NCBI GenBank assembly: GCA_031380225.1
Contig: JANNFX010000024.1
Span: forward strand, 1-33,657
Direction: 5' to 3'
Source: Hyphomicrobium sp.
Lineage (GTDB): Bacteria; Pseudomonadota; Alphaproteobacteria; Rhizobiales; Hyphomicrobiaceae
DNA: 33,657 bases
Positions 1-9,137 of this stretch are shown piece after piece. The notes beneath the pieces are model-generated. The model did not search any database. It saw only the letters and a list, made by a program, of their open reading frames with translations, and was not told the DNA's origin. The position numbers and the translations under genes were made by a program. Every line of letters starts with the position of its first letter. Position 1 is the stretch's first letter.

Positions 1-230
1 TGATTGCTCAAGCCGCGGTCACCGTCGTTGGCGCCGAAGCCCGTAAAGAAAGCCGCGGCGCCCATGCCCGCGAAGACTTCCCGAAACGCGACGACAAAGT
101 TTGGATGAAGCACACGTTGGCTTGGGCCGATGGAGATAAGCGCGACGTCAAACTCGGCGATCGCCCGGTCCACACTCGCACGCTGACAAATGAAATCGCT
201 TATATCGAACCGAAAGCGCGGGTATATTGA
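1..230 (+). CDS. sdhA: Succinate dehydrogenase flavoprotein subunit, C-terminal fragment. The 5' end is outside the window. The reading frame begins at base 3 and the TGA stop is at 228-230.
   Basis: The frame translates to ...IAQAAVTVVGAEARKESRGAHAREDFPKRDDKVWMKHTLAWADGDKRDVKLGDRPVHTRTLTNEIAYIEPKARVY*. The motifs ESRGAHAREDF ... W(M/L)KHTLAW ... YIEPKARVY are the conserved SdhA/FrdA C-terminus. Confidence 0.85.
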   Translation, partial: IAQAAVTVVGAEARKESRGAHAREDFPKRDDKVWMKHTLAWADGDKRDVKLGDRPVHTRTLTNEIAYIEPKARVY

Positions 231-775
231 GGACTGATCTTGGAGCAATTTCCGCATTCGGCAAGCCTGCTGCCCTTTAGCAATCGTGGACGCTTGACCC
301 AACCTCCGTCACTGGTTCCCGGAGGCGTCGCAAGCGATGGCGCGCGAGGTCATCCGGGATCTTCACCCGAGGCCGCAGTCAAGTGAACTCGCTGTTTGGT
401 GGTGTCTCAGTTTGAATTTATTGTTGAATTTTTAGCCCAGAAACATCCGGCCCACAGCCCGTCATCCCGGCAGCGCCAGGATGACGAAACTTTTGGGCTC
501 GCCGGGCGTCAAGAAGAGGAGTAATTGGTCTGAGTTAAGGCCGTTTTTCGTGCTGTTTTCAATTTCCAAATTCAAACTGAGGCACTACCTGCTGTTTTCA
601 ATCTCGCCATACCCTTGCCGGGAAAGGTCCCGGATAGCCGCGCATTCGACAATGCCTCGAATCACTCGAACTGAGTGGCGCGGCTTCCGGGAATCAGAAA
701 ATTGAAAATTTCGGACAATGGCAATTTCGACAATTGGAGCCGGCTGCACGCCTTGACAAACAATCTAAGCAATAA

Positions 776-806
776 AATGCGGGGGCTTTTGGCCCCCGTT
801 TTTACG
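776..806. terminator. Bidirectional intrinsic-terminator-like hairpin. It has a GGGGGC/GCCCCC stem with a 5-nt loop, followed by TTTTT on the plus strand and flanked by an A/T tract on the minus strand.
   Basis: The sequence aaaatGCGGGGGCttttgGCCCCCGttttta lies 20 nt downstream of the desaturase stop (minus strand) and about 550 nt downstream of the sdhA stop (plus strand). Confidence 0.5.
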
Positions 807-824
807 TCTCAAATGTCAGGCTAT

Positions 825-1892
825 TTAAGCCGCTTGATCTTGTTGCACCATTGACGCGGTCGCGCGCCGGATCATCGCCTGCTTGGCTTCGCGGAACGAC
901 ACCAAGCGCTTGTCATGTTCATCCCACAACCGTAGCCGCAAGCACGAAAGACTGCCACGCAACGTCATGCGCTGGACTTCGGCCAATTGCGGATGATCTT
1001 TAAGGATATCCTGCAACCGGTAATATGGGACGACGCTGCTCAAGTGATGAACGTGGTGGACGCCGATGTTCGCCGTCATCCAGCGCAATGGCTGAGGCAA
1101 ATCATAATGCGAGCTGCCATATAGAGCCGCGTCGTGACGATCCCATTCGGGATGCGGCGCCCAAATCGTGTCTTCGAACTGATGTTGGACATAGAACAAC
1201 CACACACCAATTGTTGCAGCCATGACGACGACCGGGATTTCGATGATCAAGAACTCTTGCCATCCGGTCAGCATCATGACGCCACCCCACAGGGCAGCGA
1301 TGCACAAATTGGTTCCGAGCGCGCTCATCCATGCCCAGCGGCCGGCTTCCAATGGGTTGGTCGGCATCCTGTTATAAACCAGGAACATGAAAGCCGGTCC
1401 AAGACCAAGCATAATGAAAGGATTGCGGTACAAGCGATAGCGCAGCTTTTTGAACGGCGTCAGAGCTTCGTATTCGGCAACCGTCAGCGTGTCGATATCT
1501 CCAAAGCCGCGGTGATCGAGATTGCCTGACGAGGCGTGATGCAACGCGTGGCAATGTTTCCATTCCGCGTAAGGCGTGACGGTAAAGACGCCCATCAGGC
1601 GGCCGACCCAGTCGTTCATCGCCTTATTCTTGAAGAAAGAGCCGTGGCCACAGTCATGCTGGATCAGAAACAGCCGGACCAGAAATCCCGACGCGATGAT
1701 CATGAACGGCAGGGCCAGAAAGAAGCTGGTCTGCAGCGCGAACCATGCCAAGCCCCACAAGACTAAGAATGGAAGTAACGTGACGCCAATTTCGAAGGCG
1801 CTTCGACCATGGTTTGGCTCGCGATACGCGGCCAAAACTTTGATCCAGGCTCGCGCTGAGCCTGCTGAGGGCGTTAAAATCTTGCGTTCCAA
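825..1892 (-). CDS. Membrane fatty acid desaturase (DesA/acyl-lipid desaturase family).
   Basis: The 355-aa ORF carries the three histidine boxes HDCGHGSFF, HxxHH (HALHH) and HHVHHL, and has multiple hydrophobic membrane segments. Confidence 0.85.
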   Translation of the reverse strand: MERKILTPSAGSARAWIKVLAAYREPNHGRSAFEIGVTLLPFLVLWGLAWFALQTSFFLALPFMIIASGFLVRLFLIQHDCGHGSFFKNKAMNDWVGRLMGVFTVTPYAEWKHCHALHHASSGNLDHRGFGDIDTLTVAEYEALTPFKKLRYRLYRNPFIMLGLGPAFMFLVYNRMPTNPLEAGRWAWMSALGTNLCIAALWGGVMMLTGWQEFLIIEIPVVVMAATIGVWLFYVQHQFEDTIWAPHPEWDRHDAALYGSSHYDLPQPLRWMTANIGVHHVHHLSSVVPYYRLQDILKDHPQLAEVQRMTLRGSLSCLRLRLWDEHDKRLVSFREAKQAMIRRATASMVQQDQAA

Positions 1893-2229
1893 GTTTGCTC
1901 CACCGCTGGTTCAACACAAGCTAAACGGGAGCGTGCTGACCCACATAGCGGCCCCCCGGCCTATTCGACGCAAAGATTTACAGACAATACGAAACAGTGC
2001 AAGTGCGACCTGAGCGCGGATAACATAAGCTTTTCACCACGATAAGCTGGACTACAACTTCAATGTCTCGATGTGGCCGCTTTGCACAGGCACGCCCATA
2101 TTCCGCCAATGTTTGGCCCTTCGACGCAGAACGATCCTGCGTTATAAGGGCCAGGCAATCGCACGGTTGAGGTGAAGACTCCGTCTGAAATCAATCACGT
2201 AGAGCATTTGGGGGACGGCGAATTTGCTC

Positions 2230-2850
2230 ATGCGGCGGACCAAGACTTCGAAACTGGCAAAGGACGCCGCCGAGCCGCCGTCTAACTCAGACAGCCGCAT
2301 CGCCCCCGATCCATTTGCAATAGTACTGCCCGCCATAGCCGCACTTGGCGCCATCGCGTCCGTCGCAACCATCCACTGGGTCGCGCAGGATAAGTCGGGA
2401 GAGCGAGCGCGACCGAAGCGCAAGGCGGGAACGGCGCTCCGTGATCTTGAGACCAGTTGCCTTGGCCTCGCTGAAATATTCCGGCGTTTTCAACGGCATC
2501 CGAAGCTGTTCGCGGGCGAGGGCGGGCAGATTGCGTCGCCCTTGAAGTTCGGCGTCCACGGTCCGCGCGTCGCGACCGGCGAAGTTCGAATCTATCACCA
2601 ACTTATGAACGACGTCGCCTCGATGCTGGTGCTGGCTTCACAAAACGCCTTCGACGTCATGTGCGCAGTTGAGGACGGCGAGATCACGCCGCCCGAACAG
2701 CTGTTTTTCGGTTTCGGCGAAGCCCAGGACAAATTGAACAAACTCATTCAAGGCCGCGCGACCTTGAAAGCGACCGTCGATACCGGCGCCGAGATTTCTG
2801 AGCATCTTGCGGAGTTGGTGCGCGGCTTGAAGAAGTACAGGGTGGAGTAG
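2230..2850 (+). CDS. Hypothetical protein with one predicted N-proximal transmembrane helix (FAIVLPAIAALGAIASVATIHWV). No family was recognised.
   Basis: The ORF is 208 aa as called, with the first in-frame ATG at 2230. Codon usage is typical of this high-GC genome. No recognisable motifs were found. Confidence 0.4.
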   Translation: MRRTKTSKLAKDAAEPPSNSDSRIAPDPFAIVLPAIAALGAIASVATIHWVAQDKSGERARPKRKAGTALRDLETSCLGLAEIFRRFQRHPKLFAGEGGQIASPLKFGVHGPRVATGEVRIYHQLMNDVASMLVLASQNAFDVMCAVEDGEITPPEQLFFGFGEAQDKLNKLIQGRATLKATVDTGAEISEHLAELVRGLKKYRVE

Positions 2851-2871
2851 GCGGGGGGCGAATGCACATCG

Positions 2872-4149
2872 TCATTGCCGGGTCATTGAGCCCAAAACGT
2901 CATACACCCGCTTTAGCTCGTCTGCCGTCGTGCAATACGGCGGCATGACGTAAACGGTGTTGCCGAGCGGGCGCAGCAGGATGCCATGCTCAAGCGCATG
3001 AGCGGTCACCTTCGGGCCGACGTTTGCGAGATAGCCGGCATCTGCAGCCATCAAATCAAGCGCGGCGATGGTGCCGGTCTGGCGAACGTTTTCGAAGCGG
3101 CTGTCGTGCCGGAATTCTGCGAGGCACTCTGATTGCGTTCGTGTAAGTCTTGCGATGCGTTCAAGCACCGGCTCCGTCAACCAAATATCAACATTGGCAA
3201 GCGCGGCGGCACAGGCAATCGGGTTCGCCGTATAACTGGACGAGTGAAAGAACGTTTTGGTGCGGTCAGTGGAATAATGTGCGTCGAAAATTGCTTGCGA
3301 GCACAGCGTCACCGCCAGCGGCATCGAGCCGCCCGTCAGACCTTTTGCGAGACCCATAATATCGGGAACAATGGCGGCTTGTTCGCAGGCCAGCAAGGTC
3401 CCCGACCGGCCCCAGCCAGTCATGACTTCATCAGCAACGAATAGCGTGCCGCTCGCTTCACAGATTTGTTTCATGATCGCGAGTGTGGCCGCATCGTACA
3501 TCATCATGCCGCCAGCGCCGAGCACGAGTGGCTCGACAATCAAGCACGCGGCAGAGCGATCCGCGGTCGCGTCACGCAAGGCATCCAACGTTGCTTGTTC
3601 AGACCCTGCTTTGGGAAACGGAATGCGCTTCACATCAAACAGCAGCGCTTCATAGGCGGCATTGAAAACGCCGCGTGCGCCCGCTGACATGGTGCCAATC
3701 GTGTCGCCGTGATAGCCGTACTCCATGGCGATGATTTTCGTGCGCGGCTCGCCGGTGTTGCGCCAATAACCAAGCGCCATCTTGAGCGCAACTTCGACCG
3801 CGGTCGAGCCAGAGTCGGAATAGAACACATGGCTGAGACGGCGCGTCGCTGTCGATTTGAGGCTAGAATTGACAAGATCAATAAGCTTACTGGCGAGTTT
3901 TTCCGCAGGCTCATGTGTGCAGCCCGCGAAAATCACCTGATCGAGTTTTGTGGCCTGTTCTCGAATAGCCTCAATGATTTTCGGATGACAGTGACCGTGC
4001 GTAATTACCCACCACGACGAGACCGCATCAAAGATCCGGCGGCCGTCCGCAGTTTCGAGCCAAGCCCCCTCCGCGCGCGCAATGTTGAGAGCTTCTGGCG
4101 CCAGCGCATGCTGTGTGAAAGGATGCCAAACCGGCGAATTGTTCGGCAT
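2872..4149 (-). CDS. bioA: Adenosylmethionine-8-amino-7-oxononanoate aminotransferase, a class-III PLP aminotransferase.
   Basis: The 425-aa protein contains the class-III aminotransferase core (…YHGDT…, …DEV(M)TGWGR(S)G…). It is the last gene of the bioBFDA cluster and overlaps the bioD stop by 1 nt. Confidence 0.85.
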   Translation of the reverse strand: MPNNSPVWHPFTQHALAPEALNIARAEGAWLETADGRRIFDAVSSWWVITHGHCHPKIIEAIREQATKLDQVIFAGCTHEPAEKLASKLIDLVNSSLKSTATRRLSHVFYSDSGSTAVEVALKMALGYWRNTGEPRTKIIAMEYGYHGDTIGTMSAGARGVFNAAYEALLFDVKRIPFPKAGSEQATLDALRDATADRSAACLIVEPLVLGAGGMMMYDAATLAIMKQICEASGTLFVADEVMTGWGRSGTLLACEQAAIVPDIMGLAKGLTGGSMPLAVTLCSQAIFDAHYSTDRTKTFFHSSSYTANPIACAAALANVDIWLTEPVLERIARLTRTQSECLAEFRHDSRFENVRQTGTIAALDLMAADAGYLANVGPKVTAHALEHGILLRPLGNTVYVMPPYCTTADELKRVYDVLGSMTRQ

Positions 4150-4775
4150 TACGCAAAGTCCTCAAGCCGGAAATTGTTCTTGAAGCCGTCGCTCAACGTT
4201 GCGGCAGTGAGGGCTTCGAGTTGTGGCAGACGGCCGAGGTTTTTGATACCGCCAATCTCGCAAATCGTGCGCTCGTTATCAGCATTCTCATGGCCAATGA
4301 ACGCCACTCCGTGAATGATGATATCTCGAACACGCATCGCTTCAATCGATAATAGCGTGTGATTGATGGTGCCGAGCGATGTTCGGGCGCAAAGAATGAC
4401 CGGCAACTCCCAGCGGGCGAACACATCGGCGAACAAGAGTTCACGTTTTATCGGCACTAGCAATCCGCCGGCTCCTTCAATGACCAATGGCTGGCTGCCA
4501 TCAGGTGGATTGAGTTTGGCGGTATCGATCTTGATGCCTTCGAGCTCGGCGGCGCGATGCGGCGACAAAGGCAACTTGAAGCGATAGGTTTCAGGAATAA
4601 CGCGGTCGTTCGAAAGTCCGCCAAGTTCCTGAACACGCAGTGTGTCAGTGCCGCCGTCAGTGCCGCACTGAATTGGTTTCCAATAATCGGCTTCGATGGC
4701 GTTAGCTAAAGCGGCGGCGAACACAGTCTTGCCGGCGCCGGTATCGGTTCCCGTGATCACAAACACGCGCCTCAT
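4149..4775 (-). CDS. bioD: Dethiobiotin synthetase.
   Basis: The N-terminus [17 protein letters not shown] is the BioD P-loop signature. The gene is 208 aa and overlaps bioF by 4 nt. Confidence 0.85.
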   Translation of the reverse strand: MRRVFVITGTDTGAGKTVFAAALANAIEADYWKPIQCGTDGGTDTLRVQELGGLSNDRVIPETYRFKLPLSPHRAAELEGIKIDTAKLNPPDGSQPLVIEGAGGLLVPIKRELLFADVFARWELPVILCARTSLGTINHTLLSIEAMRVRDIIIHGVAFIGHENADNERTICEIGGIKNLGRLPQLEALTAATLSDGFKNNFRLEDFA

Positions 4776-5905
4776 GGAGCGAGCCTTTCGAGTTCGGTGG
4801 CCAGCGCCGCTGTCATGCGACCATTGTCAGCGTCGCTGGCGTTCAATGTAATTGATATGCGGAGCCGCGCGGTGCCTTCTGGTACGGTTGGCGGACGGAC
4901 GGCGCGAATATCGAATCCGTGCGCTTGCATGGCGCTCGCAAGCACCGTTGCACGACTGTCACTGCCCACGACGACCGGTTGAATATGTGACCCCGACGGA
5001 GCAATGCCACAGCGCTCTTGCAGAAGTTTTCCAAAACGAGACGTTCGTTCTTTGAGCGCCTCACGCCGTGATGGATCACTTTTGCAGAGGTGCAGAGCGG
5101 CCCTAACTCCGGCGGCCATCAACGGCGACGGAGCCGTGGCATAGATAAAAGCCCGGCTGCGATTGACGAGAAAATCACGCAACGGCGCGGCGCAGAGCAC
5201 GAGCGCGCCTGAGACGCCGAGAGCTTTGCCGCAAGTATGGAGTGACACGACATTGTGATGTCCCTCCAAATGCGCAGCTAAGCCGCGGCCATCGCAGCCG
5301 TAGACGCCAGTCGCGTGCGCCTCATCGATCAGTAACATCGCGTCATGACGGCTGGCGATCGCAGCCAGGTCATCAGTCGGGGCCCGGTCGCCATCCATCG
5401 AATAAAGGCTCTCAATCGCAAGCCATGCACGTCCTGTTCCTCCGCCAGCGCGCCAAGAAATTATGGCTTCTTCAAACGCCTCAGCATCATTGTGGCGAAC
5501 CGCGACGTGTTCAGCTTTGCTGGCGCGCATGCCGTCGTGGGCGCTGGCGTGGATCAACTCATCATAGACAATCAGATCGCCGCGCTGTGGCAGCGTTGAC
5601 AGCAGCGCGTAGTTGGCGACAAAACCGCCGCCGAAATAGAGCGCGGTTTCTGCGCCGAAATGTGCAGCCGCCTCGCGTTCAAGTGCTTCATGTTCGGGAT
5701 CATTACCGCGCAATAGCCGCGAGCCCCCGGCCCCAACGGCCACGCCGCGCAGCAGCGCCGACGCCAGCGCTTCACGCAGCTCAACCGATGAGCCCAGTCC
5801 TAAATAATCGTTGGACGAAAAGTCGACACCACTTCGCGCCGCGAGTTGCCGCAACCGGCCTCGCCGTTCGAGTGCAGTCAGCGCGCGTTGGTGGCTGCCG
5901 TGCAT
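4772..5905 (-). CDS. bioF: 8-amino-7-oxononanoate synthase.
   Basis: The 377-aa protein belongs to the alpha-oxoamine synthase family (…NDYLGL…, SxxxK PLP region …HTCGKALG…). Its 5' end overlaps the bioB 3' end by 28 nt. Confidence 0.8.
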   Translation of the reverse strand: MHGSHQRALTALERRGRLRQLAARSGVDFSSNDYLGLGSSVELREALASALLRGVAVGAGGSRLLRGNDPEHEALEREAAAHFGAETALYFGGGFVANYALLSTLPQRGDLIVYDELIHASAHDGMRASKAEHVAVRHNDAEAFEEAIISWRAGGGTGRAWLAIESLYSMDGDRAPTDDLAAIASRHDAMLLIDEAHATGVYGCDGRGLAAHLEGHHNVVSLHTCGKALGVSGALVLCAAPLRDFLVNRSRAFIYATAPSPLMAAGVRAALHLCKSDPSRREALKERTSRFGKLLQERCGIAPSGSHIQPVVVGSDSRATVLASAMQAHGFDIRAVRPPTVPEGTARLRISITLNASDADNGRMTAALATELERLAP

Positions 5906-6921
5906 GTTTCTCCGCAGCTTTCTGGAGCGCCTTCGGACTGACTATCCGCGAGCTGCAAAGGCTCAAGCCCGAGCTTGGCGAACAAGACTGCGTCTTTGTC
6001 TTCGCCAGGGTTATCTGCCGTCAACAACGTCTCGCCGCAGAAAATCGAGTTGGCGCCAGCGAAAAAGCACAGTGCCTGCATTTCATCCGACATTTCGGTC
6101 CGGCCGGCAGAAAGACGCACGAAACTTTCCGGCATCATGATGCGCGCTGTCGCGATGGTGCGAACGAACTCGATCGGGTCGATCTTCGCTGTGTCCTGCA
6201 GCGGCGTGCCTTGAATGGCGATTAGCATATTGATCGGAACGCTCTCCGGGTGCTCCTCAAGATTCGCCAATGTAACCAGCATGTCGACGCGGTCTTCCGG
6301 CTTTTCGCCCATGCCGACAATGCCACCCGAGCAAACTTTCATGCCGCTTTCGCGAACACGGGCAAGTGTATCGAGGCGATCGGCGAAGGTTCGCGACTTG
6401 ATTACTTCAGGATAGTAGCGCTCGGAGGTATCGATGTTGTGATTATAATAGTCGAGGCCGGCATCGCGGAGGCGGACAATGTCGTCGTCCGACAACATGC
6501 CGAGCGTCATGCAGGTTTCCATACCCATAGCTTTGACGCCTTCGACCATGGCGACCACAGCCTCCATGTCGCGCGCTTTCGGTGAGCGCCATGCAGCCCC
6601 CATGCAATAGCGCGTCGCGCCACCTTCTTTAGCCTTACGCGCTTCGGCGAGCACGCGCTCAACTTCCATCAACTTCGATGCCTTGAGGCCGGTTTCGTGA
6701 TGAGCGGATTGGCTGCAGTAGCCGCAATCCTCGGCGCAGCCGCCGGTCTTGATCGACAGCAGCCGGCTCATTTGCACTTTGTTGGGATCGAACGTGCGGC
6801 GGTGTACCGATTGCGACTGGAACAGCAGATCCATGAACGGCAAATCATAGATCGCTTGAGCTTCAGTGCGCGTCCAGTTGTGGCGAAGTAGGACAACAGG
6901 TGGCGTCACGTGCACGTTCAT
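5878..6921 (-). CDS. bioB: Biotin synthase, a radical-SAM enzyme. The start was reassigned to the internal ATG (MNVHVTPPV…) rather than the 431-aa ORF maximum.
   Basis: The radical SAM motif [11 protein letters not shown] and the BioB auxiliary-cluster region are present. At 348 aa the length matches BioB. The far-upstream extension overlaps the neighbouring gene and has no homology-like content. Confidence 0.85.
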   Translation of the reverse strand: MNVHVTPPVVLLRHNWTRTEAQAIYDLPFMDLLFQSQSVHRRTFDPNKVQMSRLLSIKTGGCAEDCGYCSQSAHHETGLKASKLMEVERVLAEARKAKEGGATRYCMGAAWRSPKARDMEAVVAMVEGVKAMGMETCMTLGMLSDDDIVRLRDAGLDYYNHNIDTSERYYPEVIKSRTFADRLDTLARVRESGMKVCSGGIVGMGEKPEDRVDMLVTLANLEEHPESVPINMLIAIQGTPLQDTAKIDPIEFVRTIATARIMMPESFVRLSAGRTEMSDEMQALCFFAGANSIFCGETLLTADNPGEDKDAVLFAKLGLEPLQLADSQSEGAPESCGETCTAATNAR

Positions 6922-7066
6922 CGGCAAGGTCTCCAGAGTTCGGCGCAGAACGAAACAACGTGCTTGGTTCTTGCACTTCCGCAGGCCGCTGGGCAACCGG
7001 AATTCCCCTGACTTTTCCGCGATCCCGGCCCCAAGGGACGCCGTGACGCAGAACGAGCCAGCCTGT

Positions 7067-8041
7067 TTACCGTCTGCGAACCGGTCGATCGCCGGGCCAG
7101 ACATGTTTACTGCCGCCGCCAAACTGCCAAGACGCGGTCTGAATTTGCTTCGGCTTTGATTGCAGACGAGCATAGTTGCGGCGCGGGCGATTGAGCTCAG
7201 GCTTCAATTGAACTGACGCCTCCTCAGGTTCTATTTCGACGATTGGAAGCGAGATTCCAGGAACCAAATGCAAAGCCAGCACCTCGCTTTTAATGCTGGC
7301 CGATTCTGTTTCAGTCGCTGCCGGTTCGTCCGAATTCGTTGGCGGAGACGATGTTGATGCCGTTTCTACGACCGCTGCACCAGTTGGCGCCGTTTTGGCT
7401 GAGGTCGTTTCTGTCTGCTGTTTAGAATTGGCTTTCGCCGCCGCCAGCTGGCGCTCAAAAGTTTCGCGCTGCGCTTTCTCGACAGAATCCGCAACCGAAT
7501 ACATGGCATGGCGGGCGCGTTCCGCTTCTGACCACGGCATCGGCCTACAGGCGCAGCCATTGACGAGAGATTTCCGGTAAGAAAACGCGTTCGGCAATTT
7601 GGAATAGGGCTCACCGTCGACGTCCAGCATTTCCTTCATGTTAGTGCTGTCGCGATCCATGTAAAACAGCTTGGTTTCGTGGCCGCACATCTGTTTGCAC
7701 ATCCGGGCGTCGCGCTTGAAGCGGCTTTGCGAGGCGCGTGGACTGATCGGGAAATAGTAGCCGTCGCACGTTCGCACGCACAACGTGCGATAGGGACCAC
7801 TGGAATTGTCGTCTTCTGCCGAGGCTTCATCAGCATCGCCGTCTGGTGAGCTGTTGCCCGATCCCGACGGACGCGAGCGCTGCAACGACCGCAATGAAGT
7901 CCCAGGCCGGGGCTCAACACGCTTTGGCTCCGCCTTCTGGGCAGGAGCTGTGCCAAATCCGAATAGGCTCTGAAAGAAGGATTGCGATAGGGCGGGACCG
8001 GATGCCAAGCCCAAAATAGCTGTGACGGCCAAAAAACGCAT
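7067..8041 (-). CDS. Secreted DUF2865-like protein. It has a signal peptide, a Ser/Pro/Asp-rich low-complexity linker and a conserved Cys motif region.
   Basis: The N-terminus [20 protein letters not shown] is a Sec signal. The motif [13 protein letters not shown]…CKQMCG is, as I recall it, the DUF2865 core. The start was chosen at the signal-peptide Met, whereas the ORF maximum extends to 8296. Confidence 0.6.
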   Translation of the reverse strand: MRFLAVTAILGLASGPALSQSFFQSLFGFGTAPAQKAEPKRVEPRPGTSLRSLQRSRPSGSGNSSPDGDADEASAEDDNSSGPYRTLCVRTCDGYYFPISPRASQSRFKRDARMCKQMCGHETKLFYMDRDSTNMKEMLDVDGEPYSKLPNAFSYRKSLVNGCACRPMPWSEAERARHAMYSVADSVEKAQRETFERQLAAAKANSKQQTETTSAKTAPTGAAVVETASTSSPPTNSDEPAATETESASIKSEVLALHLVPGISLPIVEIEPEEASVQLKPELNRPRRNYARLQSKPKQIQTASWQFGGGSKHVWPGDRPVRRR

Positions 8042-8248
8042 GGGCAAGCCGGATAAACGCACCGGCACTCGCAAACAGAACATGGGGAACAACCGACGCA
8101 AAAACGCACCACTGATAGAAATCGGTTCATGCAAGATGCGGCGACTTGGGTAATATTCCGTAAAAATGCCGGGGCCCGGTGCTGGCTGGAGCAGATATTT
8201 TGCTGAACACGAATTGTTTATGATTTCGCAGGATCCCTGGGGGGGTAG

Positions 8249-8989
8249 ATGTATCGAACTCTTAAAGCCGGCAAAATCGTCTCGACAGTCGAGCAACTGT
8301 ACGACCGGATTTCTGAGCGATTTCCTGGATCGGGACTAGCGAATGTTTGCCTAGATCTCCAGCACCTCGGCGAGCAAACTTCAGACCGAATAACCGAAGT
8401 AGCGCGGCCGCATTGGGGCCTCCGGTCGGCAATGATCGCAGTGACGGGATTGAGCGCTGTTACTTTGGCGGCCTTGATTGGGCATGGCATTTCTCTGAAG
8501 GGCACTGACGAGCTTTCCGATGTATTGCAAGGACTTGACGCAGCAATGAACTTGGCTGTGATCCTGGGCGGAGCGGCGTTCTTTGTTTCAACCCTAGAGG
8601 CCCGTTGGAAACGTCAGCGCGCACTTGCAGCGCTTCATGAAATACGCTCGATTATTCACGTCATTGATATGCATCAGTTGACCAAGGACCCCGGTGCGCT
8701 TGGCTCGGCCAAGACGTCATCTTCGCCTGACCGGACTATGTCGGCCTTTGAACTCATGCGCTATCTCGACTACTGTTCCGAAATGCTATCGCTGGCTGCT
8801 AAGCTGGCTGCCCTCTATGCGGAAAAACTCAGCGACCCAGCCATCATCGATACGGTCGGTGATATCGAACGGTTAACGTCGAACCTGTCGAGCAAGATCT
8901 GGCAAAAGATTACGCTCTCTCAGTCATTCGAGGAGCGGGAACCGCCAGCACCAGCGGCACTGCCACGAATCAGCGGCGGCTTGAGCTGA
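8249..8989 (+). CDS. Hypothetical membrane protein with two predicted transmembrane helices and no recognised domain.
   Basis: The 246-aa ORF has hydrophobic segments AMIAVTGLSAVTLAALIGHGI and LAVILGGAAFFVSTL. It is divergent from the DUF2865 gene. Confidence 0.4.
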   Translation: MYRTLKAGKIVSTVEQLYDRISERFPGSGLANVCLDLQHLGEQTSDRITEVARPHWGLRSAMIAVTGLSAVTLAALIGHGISLKGTDELSDVLQGLDAAMNLAVILGGAAFFVSTLEARWKRQRALAALHEIRSIIHVIDMHQLTKDPGALGSAKTSSSPDRTMSAFELMRYLDYCSEMLSLAAKLAALYAEKLSDPAIIDTVGDIERLTSNLSSKIWQKITLSQSFEEREPPAPAALPRISGGLS

Positions 8990-9137
8990 GTTAGACTTCG
9001 CATCCGGGCAACTTAGTCTTCTCAATCTAATTGTCTCAGATTGCTGCACCAATTAAAACGCCATTTAGATTACGACAAACTTATTGCCTGCAATTTGATC
9101 TACATTCATCGGAATTATAAAAGTATTAGGCAGAAAG

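Noticed and set aside
481-705. 74-aa ORF in the AT-rich spacer after sdhA
   Set aside because: It has no SD, an odd composition, and spans direct and inverted repeats. It is more likely non-coding, although the region itself is flagged as a possible sRNA locus.
5242-6225. 327-aa plus-strand ORF, plus several 60-110 aa ORFs, antisense to bioF/bioB
   Set aside because: The composition is Arg/Ser/Pro/Ala-rich and low-complexity, typical of antisense frames in high-GC DNA. It overlaps well-supported bio genes completely.
8175-8194. Possible attachment-site repeat of the tRNA-Thr 3' end
   Set aside because: Only about 12 of 15 positions match and the region is GC-rich, so it could easily be chance. 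It is kept only as a low-weight remark inside the islet finding.
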